Shown in pieces: positions 18,853 through 27,174 of a stretch of 64,000 nt of DNA. How positions within the stretch are numbered: the stretch's first letter is position 1; every line of letters begins with the position of its first letter. The notes beneath the pieces were generated by a model, which had not been told where the DNA came from, ran no database searches, and was given only the letters and a program-made list of their open reading frames with translations. Where the stretch lies: assembly GCA_049521055.1 (NCBI GenBank), contig JBEKPE010000001.1:44837-108836 (forward strand), read 5' to 3'. The DNA comes from Candidatus Bathyarchaeia archaeon (GTDB taxonomy: Archaea > Thermoproteota > Bathyarchaeia > 40CM-2-53-6). The position numbers and the translations under genes were made by a program.

Positions 18853-19764
18853 ATGACCATTCTCCTCAATTTGGTGTGGAGAATGACAAGCAAACGAACT
18901 GCGTATGTAATTGCTGTTCTCCTAATTCTTAGTGCTGCGGTAAACATCATGCAGTTCACCCAGAGCTCAAACCCCCTGTCATTGTCGTTTAATTCTGGCT
19001 CGAATCAGACCGTTTCATATGAGCTTCAAAGTAGCTACAATGAACTATACAACCAATACGGAACACTATATTCTGAATACCAAACGCTTTCTCAGGAATA
19101 CGCACAATTCAAACAGGTGGCGTTAACTCCTCCCTATGTCTCCATATCCAAAGGAACGATCACATGGGTGTTCACCGACGTCAAAGGCGACACGATCACA
19201 TGGCAGCTGCCAATGGACACCTACATACATTACGCCTCAATGCAAAAACCAGTACAAGTCTTGTCGTTACAGACGACCTCGGGTACGGTAACGACTGACG
19301 ATGTACGACCATACATTCAACCTTCATTTTTCGCGAACAGTATTTCAAGTCTCACCGAAGGGAGATCGGACAAGGAATTTGTGAAAGAGGTCGACAACAT
19401 AAAGAATGAACTTGTCATTTATGGAACGAGTCTGGGTGAGGCGCCGTATCAATTTCCCGCCGAGACACTAACTGAAGGGACAGGGAAATGCGCCGATACC
19501 ACGATACTGATGGCCAGTATGCTAATCGCGGGCGATCGCGAAGCAAATTACAATTTCAATGTCTATGTGGAGTACGTCCAATTGAATCCTGACGGCACGC
19601 TCGTTTCAAATAGCAACTTACTCACCGACCCGAACCATGCTATAATCAAAGTGGTATTTGCCGACGGAACAGTTTGGAGCATAGAAACAACGACCAATTA
19701 TTTCTACACTTATTCCCAAGCTTACATAGGATGGCAATTTGACGTCACGTCGGTCAATGCGTGA
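18853..19764 (+). CDS. membrane-anchored transglutaminase-like (Cys-His-Asp) domain protein
   Basis: N-terminal TM. GTGKCADTTILMASML matches the GxCxDxA Cys motif, and NHAIIKVVFADGTVWSIETT supplies His/Asp. Confidence 0.45.
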   Translation: MTILLNLVWRMTSKRTAYVIAVLLILSAAVNIMQFTQSSNPLSLSFNSGSNQTVSYELQSSYNELYNQYGTLYSEYQTLSQEYAQFKQVALTPPYVSISKGTITWVFTDVKGDTITWQLPMDTYIHYASMQKPVQVLSLQTTSGTVTTDDVRPYIQPSFFANSISSLTEGRSDKEFVKEVDNIKNELVIYGTSLGEAPYQFPAETLTEGTGKCADTTILMASMLIAGDREANYNFNVYVEYVQLNPDGTLVSNSNLLTDPNHAIIKVVFADGTVWSIETTTNYFYTYSQAYIGWQFDVTSVNA

Positions 19765-19786
19765 CAAGCCATGAACGGTCGTCGTC

Positions 19787-19810
19787 GCGCACCAAGTATA
19801 CCACACACAC
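19787..19810. repeat. palindromic repeat family copy R6 (GCGCACCAAGTATACCACACACAC)
   Basis: Right half of the consensus. Confidence 0.5.
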
Positions 19811-20085
19811 TTCACCCGACATCGGACGACGGTTGGAATGGGTTTTTTTACTCTAGAGCTTTTGACGCGTAGCTTCCTTCCTAGAGAAAAGCTACCGGAG
19901 TAGCTTTGTATTCTTTCCAGTTGGAGCTCCCCGTAGCTTTCATGGAGCTACGCGCTCATGAGAATGCAATTGGCCTACTCGCGCGTGACGAGTGACGCCG
20001 TGGATGCCTCATTCTCTATTGATTCTATTTATTCACGAGAAAGAGACATAGGCTAGAATCGCCGCAAGAAGGGAGTAGATGAATA

Positions 20086-20511
20086 ATGGTTATGCCTGAC
20101 AACAAACTCAATGCGATCAACACATATTACTCACATGTGTCGCGGCTTTTTGTATCCAATTATGCAACGTTCTTCGCGGTGTATCTTGCCTTCTTGGCTC
20201 TGTTGTACAACGTCTCTTTTAGGACCGAAGTTTCAACGAGTTTCAGGAATGGATTCTTCTATGTCAGCGTCTTGATTATGTTCTTTGAATTATTGTTGCT
20301 CTACCGAGGGCTGCAATTTGGCAGAGTCCTGGATTTGATCGATAAGGAGTGGGCAGACCTGGGGATCCTTCATGTTAGAGAACATTTCTGGCCCGAGAAA
20401 TCACGCATCGGACAATTGAACCGGCTTTATCGCACAGTGTCTGTTCCCTTGGCAATGATCCTCACGATTTGTATTCCCGTGCTGAGTTGGTTCTTTCTCT
20501 TGCGTAGCTAA
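20086..20511 (+). CDS. membrane protein (hypothetical, about 3 TM)
   Basis: Hydrophobic helices only. Confidence 0.4.
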   Translation: MVMPDNKLNAINTYYSHVSRLFVSNYATFFAVYLAFLALLYNVSFRTEVSTSFRNGFFYVSVLIMFFELLLLYRGLQFGRVLDLIDKEWADLGILHVREHFWPEKSRIGQLNRLYRTVSVPLAMILTICIPVLSWFFLLRS

Positions 20512-20530
20512 GATGAAGTTAGTGGCACAA

Positions 20531-20567
20531 TTAGTGTGTGTGCGTCGAGTGGTGGGCACAGACACAA
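20531..20567. repeat. palindromic repeat family copy R3 (TAGTGTGTGTGCGTCGAGTGGTGGGCACAGACACAAG)
   Basis: Diverged copy. Confidence 0.5.
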
Positions 20568-20587
20568 GATGATCCCAAGAAGGCGGA

Positions 20588-20950
20588 TTGGTAGCGAAAG
20601 ACTTACAGCCTTATCCACTGCGAAATCGGAATCATGGTGAGGAACGGATGCCAGCCACGAAGAGTAGGCACCGACGCAGTAAGCCAGCCAGAAAACGAGA
20701 GTCAAAGCTGAAGATACTAAACTTGACCCTCATGCAATGGTTGGGGTTTGTCTTCATGGGTTTTGGCGTCTATGTGATGTTGTATGGAATCGTGTTGATT
20801 CCGTCGAGTAGCGTTTCAATTGGACCAATCTCAATTACTGACATTCCTGGACGTTCTGCGGCGGCAATTGGCGTAGGCGCGTTCTTCGAACTAGTCGGAC
20901 TAGGGTTGGTTTCAGGAAAGATCCACATTGGTGAGCTTTCTTTCGATTGA
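20588..20950 (+). CDS. small membrane protein (hypothetical)
   Basis: Basic N-terminus and 2 TM. The start may be downstream. Confidence 0.35.
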   Translation: MVAKDLQPYPLRNRNHGEERMPATKSRHRRSKPARKRESKLKILNLTLMQWLGFVFMGFGVYVMLYGIVLIPSSSVSIGPISITDIPGRSAAAIGVGAFFELVGLGLVSGKIHIGELSFD

Positions 20951-20960
20951 CTAGATATTC

Positions 20961-22187
20961 TTGAAAACGGACCATGCGTGGAATGGGAAGCAGATGACTT
21001 CGCCCGACATATCTAAACGGACAATCGAAGAGAGCCCAGCAGGGAGAAAAGCCAATCTGCTATTGGAAGATTCACCTGAGCTCATTTACATTTGGTTTGG
21101 AGGATTACTGATACGGAGTTCGACGGCCGAACCTGACAATTTGGAGCAACTGAGAGAGAAACTTCGGTCAACGCTGACAAGCCACAAGGAAGTGAACGAA
21201 GTGTCGGACCTCAAACCAAAGAGTAGTTTGACCTGGTATAGCACAACGGCTATAGGAAGTACCTTTCCCCCATTAGTCGCAACTATTCGAGTGCCAACCA
21301 GCGACCAGCCGTTCGCCAGCGCGATTAAGGACAATTCATCCGCGGGAATCGCTCTCGCTGAAAATTTTGCTTTCGTTACCGACGGTCAGCTGCTATATGT
21401 CGGAGCAGAGTGCAATTCCCATGAGGAGTTTCGAGGCATTTTACTGGGAAGCCCTGATGTTCGTGAAAAAATCATAGGACTAATCAAAGAGGCAGTAGAG
21501 TGCGAAACCGTCGGACCGACACCTGCCCAGATTCCGTTTCTTGTTGGGCACTCGAATGCGCCAGACTGGGTCAAGAGCACTGAAGCGGTTTTCGTGAGAC
21601 TCGAAGAGATGGCAACCGTCAAAGGCGATATGGCTAGTGTTTACGATTTGACGAACGATCGCTTGAGCACATTCTATGACATAAGGTATGATGCCGATAT
21701 GACGTTGAAACAAGCGCGTGAACTTGGGGAGGATCAAACGCAGTTACTCGATCAGCTTCTGATTTTGCTAAATATGCGATGGCTTCATCCGATTCAACGC
21801 AGGCGGGTTACAAACGACATCAGAAGGAATATCGCGAACATACTAAGGCTCCTTTCTCTTCACGGCTCCACCTCCGGCCGAGTCTCTGAGGATGTTGCTG
21901 ATTTAGATGCTAAGATTGCACGAGAAAACATTCTATTTGACGCTCCTCAGAATAGCTCCTCAAACGAGGCCTTAACGAAGCTTGGGTGGAAAAAACACTC
22001 GGAGGCAGCAATTGTTGACAGAGACTCGGTTTTGAGTATTGTTGAGCATGTAAGAAGCGAAGTGCAGGTTAGCAGAAATTTGTCTGTCACAATTTGGGCT
22101 GCATTGATAGGAGCTGTCATTGGGTCGATATTGACCATCATTGGCACCTATTTCTTCTCGTTGACAAAGCTCTTTGCAGGATTGTAA
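20961..22187 (+). CDS. ORFan 408-aa protein with C-terminal tail-anchor TM helix
   Basis: Soluble body with no recognised motif, ending in LSVTIWAALIGAVIGSILTIIGTYFF. Confidence 0.5.
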   Translation: MKTDHAWNGKQMTSPDISKRTIEESPAGRKANLLLEDSPELIYIWFGGLLIRSSTAEPDNLEQLREKLRSTLTSHKEVNEVSDLKPKSSLTWYSTTAIGSTFPPLVATIRVPTSDQPFASAIKDNSSAGIALAENFAFVTDGQLLYVGAECNSHEEFRGILLGSPDVREKIIGLIKEAVECETVGPTPAQIPFLVGHSNAPDWVKSTEAVFVRLEEMATVKGDMASVYDLTNDRLSTFYDIRYDADMTLKQARELGEDQTQLLDQLLILLNMRWLHPIQRRRVTNDIRRNIANILRLLSLHGSTSGRVSEDVADLDAKIARENILFDAPQNSSSNEALTKLGWKKHSEAAIVDRDSVLSIVEHVRSEVQVSRNLSVTIWAALIGAVIGSILTIIGTYFFSLTKLFAGL

Positions 22188-22234
22188 CAAGCGGTTCTAG
22201 TGAAGCAAACCTCGGAAAAGAGCCCGACGAAATG

Positions 22235-23161
22235 CTAAGGCATCTTAATTGGGCGTCTTAGAAATCTCCAACATGCAATCCCGGCCGAAAACAGTGCCAC
22301 TATTCCAAAGATTAAACCTAGCAGGCCAGGCAGTAGGGTGGGAAGAGTGAGGACGAATGCGAGAATGTAGGCAGCTGCCCCCTTCTTATCGGACTTTGCA
22401 CCCAAAATCGCACATTCCATAGCTCCAGAAACCAAGTAAGTCATAGACGCGGCGAACCATGGCGCTGGCTTTTGGGAAGCCGTAGTGCTCTCTTGCGCAA
22501 GTCTATCTTTCAACACCCAATTCGTCGCCGTGACTTTTTGAATTACTCTTTCCAACAGGATAAAACCAGGTAGAAACCACATGAGCACCACCAAGCCCGC
22601 TAGATCCGGCGTTGGTCCTATCGCATTTTGCGGAGCCACTACGGCGTAGTAGAGATAGCTTTCGAGGATGAATGTGAAAAGACTAAGGGCAGTGGCGCAA
22701 GCAGCTGACGTCCCCAGAAGGAGCAAGTCGGATTCCGAGGCCTGATACTCGATCAGCGAAAGATACCATCGGACGATCCTACGGCCGGCAAAGGCACCAG
22801 CCGCTGTAAATATGAGTGCAATGAAGACAGTGGGAACGGGCAGCCGAGGGAAGAAATCTCGGACTAGTATGAGCGGCGCCAGTCCCATGTAAAAGAATAT
22901 TCCAATTGTGAAACACAACCAACCCCTGACTCTCTCTCGACCAGTTTCGTCGAATAGAATTGCTCCGCGTATGTAACCGACATAGAATGGGTACAGAAGT
23001 CCTGAGATTAGGAGAGGGATGAATACAAGAAATACGCCCACGCTGCCGATCATTGTCTGCAAAATCGCAAAAACTAGGTTCGTGATCCCTAGCATGAACA
23101 GAAAAGCGTCGTCAAGGGCTTTGAGTCGACCTTCAAGCCGCGGTCTAGTTAGAGAGGACAA
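22235..23161 (-). CDS. polytopic membrane protein (hypothetical)
   Basis: Roughly 8 hydrophobic segments. Confidence 0.5.
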   Translation of the reverse strand: MSSLTRPRLEGRLKALDDAFLFMLGITNLVFAILQTMIGSVGVFLVFIPLLISGLLYPFYVGYIRGAILFDETGRERVRGWLCFTIGIFFYMGLAPLILVRDFFPRLPVPTVFIALIFTAAGAFAGRRIVRWYLSLIEYQASESDLLLLGTSAACATALSLFTFILESYLYYAVVAPQNAIGPTPDLAGLVVLMWFLPGFILLERVIQKVTATNWVLKDRLAQESTTASQKPAPWFAASMTYLVSGAMECAILGAKSDKKGAAAYILAFVLTLPTLLPGLLGLIFGIVALFSAGIACWRFLRRPIKMP

Positions 23162-23349
23162 AATCCCACGAATACGATTGATTTAGGCTGGCGCATATTA
23201 ATAGACGGAGCTGTGAATTTTGAATCGCCGTCGAGTCTAGAGAGGTGCATCTTTGTCTGACGTGTGGCCCCTAATATCCACTAACGAAAACGTGTTTCCC
23301 CGCGGAAATCGCACCTAAAGGGGATGACAGATCTTCCGGTTGCGATCAC

Positions 23350-24186
23350 TCAATTTGGTTTGTTTTCGATCTCGGTTTCAACCCACTTCCCTTTGATCGA
23401 GAAACCGAGATTTCCGTATCTCTCGCTAATCCGGATCGCGCAGATTCGTATCATAAGAGGCAGGAAGTTCGTCACTTCAAGCGCGTCTTTGTTACTAAGC
23501 TGGGTTACGCCAGCCTGCCCCTTCCCCACTACGACGTGCGCGCAACGATCACGTAGTTCGTGAATGTAATTTCTCAAAAGTCTTGGGCTAAACCGCAGAT
23601 TGCGGAATTCTTCTTGAAAACGGTCCAAGAATTTGTTCAGTTCCGTGCCGAAGTCTCCCTCAGATTTGAACTCCGACTCTAAGAGCTTGTACAAAGAGAG
23701 ATACTGATATTGCAAGGGGATATGAGGATCTCTTGCATCAGTAAGAAGTCTTAGTTTATTGCGAATTGAATGAGTTGCTACGAATACGTTGCGAACGTTG
23801 TCGAAGTCCGGCTTACCTCCTATGAATTCCTTCACGGCAATGCCCGTGCGCCGTGGCTTGCCCTCTTCTATGAAAGTCCACCAATTAATCTCCCAAAGAG
23901 TAGCCCTGTTGTCGTATGTAATTCGAAGCACCGAGAGCATGTGTTCTTTGAGAGATTGCACGATGGATAAATCCTCTTCCGGAATCTTTTCCTCAGCGCA
24001 ATTTGGAACGGTGATTCTGAAGAACAGTATCCTACTATTGGCTTCATCAGCAAAAAGCGCAACCTCGTAGTCCTTCTCTCTCGTTTTAACTGTGATTCGC
24101 GCTGCGGGTGTTTTGTTCTCATCATCTTCGTATTGTTCGAGTATAGGTTCAAGCGGATAATAGATGAAGCAAGTCTTCATAATCAT
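23350..24186 (-). CDS. hypothetical protein with candidate HEPN-like Rx4H motif
   Basis: YIHELRDRCAHVV contains R-x4-H followed by a helical region. HEPN assignment is inferred from this alone; no other family recognised. Confidence 0.45.
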   Translation of the reverse strand: MIMKTCFIYYPLEPILEQYEDDENKTPAARITVKTREKDYEVALFADEANSRILFFRITVPNCAEEKIPEEDLSIVQSLKEHMLSVLRITYDNRATLWEINWWTFIEEGKPRRTGIAVKEFIGGKPDFDNVRNVFVATHSIRNKLRLLTDARDPHIPLQYQYLSLYKLLESEFKSEGDFGTELNKFLDRFQEEFRNLRFSPRLLRNYIHELRDRCAHVVVGKGQAGVTQLSNKDALEVTNFLPLMIRICAIRISERYGNLGFSIKGKWVETEIENKPN

Positions 24187-24433
24187 ACTCTAGCTTTCGC
24201 TGAACTAAACCTATTCGTGCGAACCATTGAATTGATATCGAGGGAACATTTCAGAGACAGAATGTTGATTCCTTAGCCTTAGGCAAAACTCTATGCCTGA
24301 TTCTTTTGCGTCTTTGGCAAATGCAATTCTCGCAGGAGATTGATCATTTCATTCCGTTCGCGGTACTTTACCCAGAAGTCGTTGCAAACCATTTTATTTC
24401 GAGTGATTTGTCATTTTCTTAGTAAAGAATACA

Positions 24434-25138
24434 TTGGCGACCCAAATGAGTTCCCCGACAAGTTTCCTTGTTCAAAATACGTTGTTCTACAGATGGGAGC
24501 ATACGCCGCGTAGTGGGCGAGCGGTAGTCATCTTGTACGGCGGAGCAATGCTTGATGCCCGCTGCTCTGGCACCTACAACGTCTACTCTGAGGCGTTTAG
24601 TATGAAACCTGTCAACGAGCAGGCATGGGTTAGTGAGCTTTTCGATTACGGATTAGATGTGGTGGCCCTCAGGACTGGTTCCACTTACTCAGGTTTCGAG
24701 TGTTATAGGGCGGGAGATACTTGGGTCAGGGATCTGATTGACCACCTGCAAGAGTTGCACGGAGGAGAGGTTTGTCTCTTCGGGCATAGTGCGGGGGGTT
24801 TGATTACCGCCTATGAGATTCAAGAACGGACAAGCATTACCGCAGCCGTTGTGGTGAGCGCCCCGATGCTAAGTGAACCCGATGCCCTATTCGAAACTCC
24901 GACCCATGCCTCGAATGTTAAGGCAAACCTACTTCTACAATGGGGGCAACAGGATCAACTTTGGACCAGGCGAATGCCTGAATACTACCAGAACGCGCAA
25001 GGCTGCGGCCACACCATTCAGAGAGACGACACCTACCCCGGCAATCTGCATGATACCTACTTCACCCAAGCCGCGCAAACACAAAGGAACAATGCGAAAG
25101 CCTTCCTAACCAACGCACAGGAGAACCTAGGTGACTAG
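24434..25138 (+). CDS. alpha/beta-hydrolase fold protein
   Basis: LFGHSAGG nucleophile elbow (GxSxG). Confidence 0.6.
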   Translation: MATQMSSPTSFLVQNTLFYRWEHTPRSGRAVVILYGGAMLDARCSGTYNVYSEAFSMKPVNEQAWVSELFDYGLDVVALRTGSTYSGFECYRAGDTWVRDLIDHLQELHGGEVCLFGHSAGGLITAYEIQERTSITAAVVVSAPMLSEPDALFETPTHASNVKANLLLQWGQQDQLWTRRMPEYYQNAQGCGHTIQRDDTYPGNLHDTYFTQAAQTQRNNAKAFLTNAQENLGD

Positions 25139-25178
25139 GTCCATCGTAAATCCGCCCGTCGTCGTTAACCGTTATTTT

Positions 25179-25210
25179 TAGTGTGTGTGCGCACCACTAG
25201 CCCACACACA
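25179..25210. repeat. palindromic repeat family copy R4 (TAGTGTGTGTGCGCACCACTAGCCCACACACAC)
   Basis: Best full-length copy. Followed by TTTT. Confidence 0.65.
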
Positions 25211-25278
25211 CTTTTACAAGCCACGCTAACGCTGGGAACGACGACAGTGGCAGACGACGATATGAACTGTGTTTGGAT

Positions 25279-26148
25279 TTATTCCCCCCAGGCAGCATAA
25301 CAGAAGCCAACCGTATCGCTAAGCCTCGCAAGAGGATGCTTCCAATGAATTCTGCCCACGGGACTCCGCCCATATGACCCTTCGGGATCGTAGTTTTCAG
25401 CAATCGCTGACAATTCAAGATGGGAAAGCCCTTTGAAGAATTTCCTCATAGAGTTTGCCTCTTCCTCGACCGCCTCTCTGATGTCATTATCCCGAGAGGA
25501 ATCTTGTGGGATTTCGTCTGGATCATAACCCTCTTGATAGCCATAGTACTCGTCGTAGAGTGCCTCCTCAAGACCGGAGAGTGAACCAACTTCATATGTG
25601 TACGATGCTATTTCATGACTATTATCACAATGTGGACAGTACTTCCATATTGCCTGTTCATCACTGATGTCAGCGATTTGGTAGTGTGTCGTTGAGCCGG
25701 GCACCAAATAGAGAATATAATATGCGAAGCGATTGCAGTTGTGACAAATCGGAAAACGCAACGGGAAGAGTTCGATCTCATTAGAGTCAATGTCCACGAG
25801 AGCAATTTCATATTTCTTCCCGCGCGTCTGTATGGAGTCAACATAATCGTCAATGTTCTTGTAATTGATATTGGTAGTTACATCAAAATTGGTCATAGTA
25901 CGACCGTTTGTCTTAAGTCCGGTAAAATCCGCCTTCGCTCCCGAGTCAAGCAGAGGTTCCAAATAGTACTGATCTTTGTAACGGTCGTAGAAGATTAATT
26001 CTCCTCGGGTCCCGACCACTATACGTTTATCGAGTGGTGACTTGTCAAGAATCCTCATGGCGGAGTCAAGTCCATAACGTTCGTAGGTTGCAAACACGTG
26101 AGCTCTCAAATCTCTTAACTGCGTAGCAGGATGAGATCTCAAAGTCAA
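25279..26148 (-). CDS. ORFan protein with CxxC...CxxC zinc ribbon
   Basis: CHNCN...CPHCDN and an acidic C-terminal region. Confidence 0.45.
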   Translation of the reverse strand: MTLRSHPATQLRDLRAHVFATYERYGLDSAMRILDKSPLDKRIVVGTRGELIFYDRYKDQYYLEPLLDSGAKADFTGLKTNGRTMTNFDVTTNINYKNIDDYVDSIQTRGKKYEIALVDIDSNEIELFPLRFPICHNCNRFAYYILYLVPGSTTHYQIADISDEQAIWKYCPHCDNSHEIASYTYEVGSLSGLEEALYDEYYGYQEGYDPDEIPQDSSRDNDIREAVEEEANSMRKFFKGLSHLELSAIAENYDPEGSYGRSPVGRIHWKHPLARLSDTVGFCYAAWGE

Positions 26149-26357
26149 GGCGAACCTCCTTACTTTCAGTCTTATTGCCCTATTATCTTCTTATTTGCGA
26201 CTCCTCACAGTTAAGCTCAAGATTCAATTCAATTGACTCCAGAAAACAAAGAGTCGATGACTACTTTCCTAAGGCAACTTCGTCATTCTCGGAAGTCTTG
26301 AGCCTGTTCCATCGAGAATCGAAGGCGACGCCTCTCATGCCCCTGATTTGGATTCTT

Positions 26358-26390
26358 GGTGGGTGTGCGTACCATTAGACCCACACACAC
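26358..26390. repeat. palindromic repeat family copy R5 (GGTGGGTGTGCGTACCATTAGACCCACACACAC)
   Basis: Near-identical to R1 over ACCATTAGACCCACACACAC. Confidence 0.65.
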
Positions 26391-26567
26391 AAAATTGCAT
26401 GAACACCGACGGTTCAGGAGTTGCCTACGCGTTCCTATATTCCATCCTTCCGTTCGTCGCTCGCTATTTCATTTAGAGGCCACACCTTTGGATGAGCGTG
26501 GCCGTGGAAGATTTGGGAAAGAATAGTTTGGTTACCTTGCCTTTCGGTTCACTAAGTCCGCGTTCAG

Positions 26568-27116
26568 TTGGACGCAATCGCGGGATCAATTTCTGTACCT
26601 AAATACCTAACGGCAAGCAGTCGGTCTGGCAGAGGCTTAATGCCATTTCATGTTAGGCACGCCATTGGCGAGGATCACGCTTCAATTCTTGAGATAGCGA
26701 GATCCCTGAGCCCCGAATGGTTTAGTGAACTGGGAATCAAGGATATCGCTAGAGACCTTCAGATCGAAAAGGGATTGATAGCCGAGGAAGATGGGAAGGC
26801 TGTCGGTTTTGTGATCTACTGTGCCAAAGACGACAGGACGGCGGAGTTGAGCTGGATTGGCGTTCGTCCAGAAATTCACAGAAAGGGCATCGGTCGAGCC
26901 CTTGTGAGCGCCCTTGAAGCCTCGCTAGCACAACGCGGGTTTCGGACCCTTGAAGTATCTACAGTCGCTGCAACGATCGAAGACGAATCCTACTCTAGAA
27001 CAAGAAGCTTCTATCGCGCCGTTGGGTTCTCGGATGTTCAAATTGATATGAAATGGTATCCGAGTGGGGCTGATAGGCTCCTGCTGAAGAAGCCTCTATC
27101 CAGTCAAGCGAAGTAA
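26568..27116 (+). CDS. GNAT family N-acetyltransferase
   Basis: IHRKGIGRALVSALE motif A. Confidence 0.75.
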   Translation: MDAIAGSISVPKYLTASSRSGRGLMPFHVRHAIGEDHASILEIARSLSPEWFSELGIKDIARDLQIEKGLIAEEDGKAVGFVIYCAKDDRTAELSWIGVRPEIHRKGIGRALVSALEASLAQRGFRTLEVSTVAATIEDESYSRTRSFYRAVGFSDVQIDMKWYPSGADRLLLKKPLSSQAK

Positions 27117-27174
27117 GTTCTCTCAGAATAACGGCAGGACTTCATAAGTCCATTCTGAGCGTTTAGAGCGTCAT

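Noticed and set aside
23324-24152. Several plus-strand and alternative-frame ORFs overlapping the 23350-24186 gene
   Set aside because: The longest minus-strand frame is preferred. The alternatives are shorter and mutually overlapping.
18412-26390. Possible CRISPR array suggested by recurring GTGTGTG...CACACAC repeats
   Set aside because: The repeats are separated by whole genes (300 bp to 4.6 kb) and are imperfect, and they lack regular spacer-sized intervals. They are not a CRISPR array.
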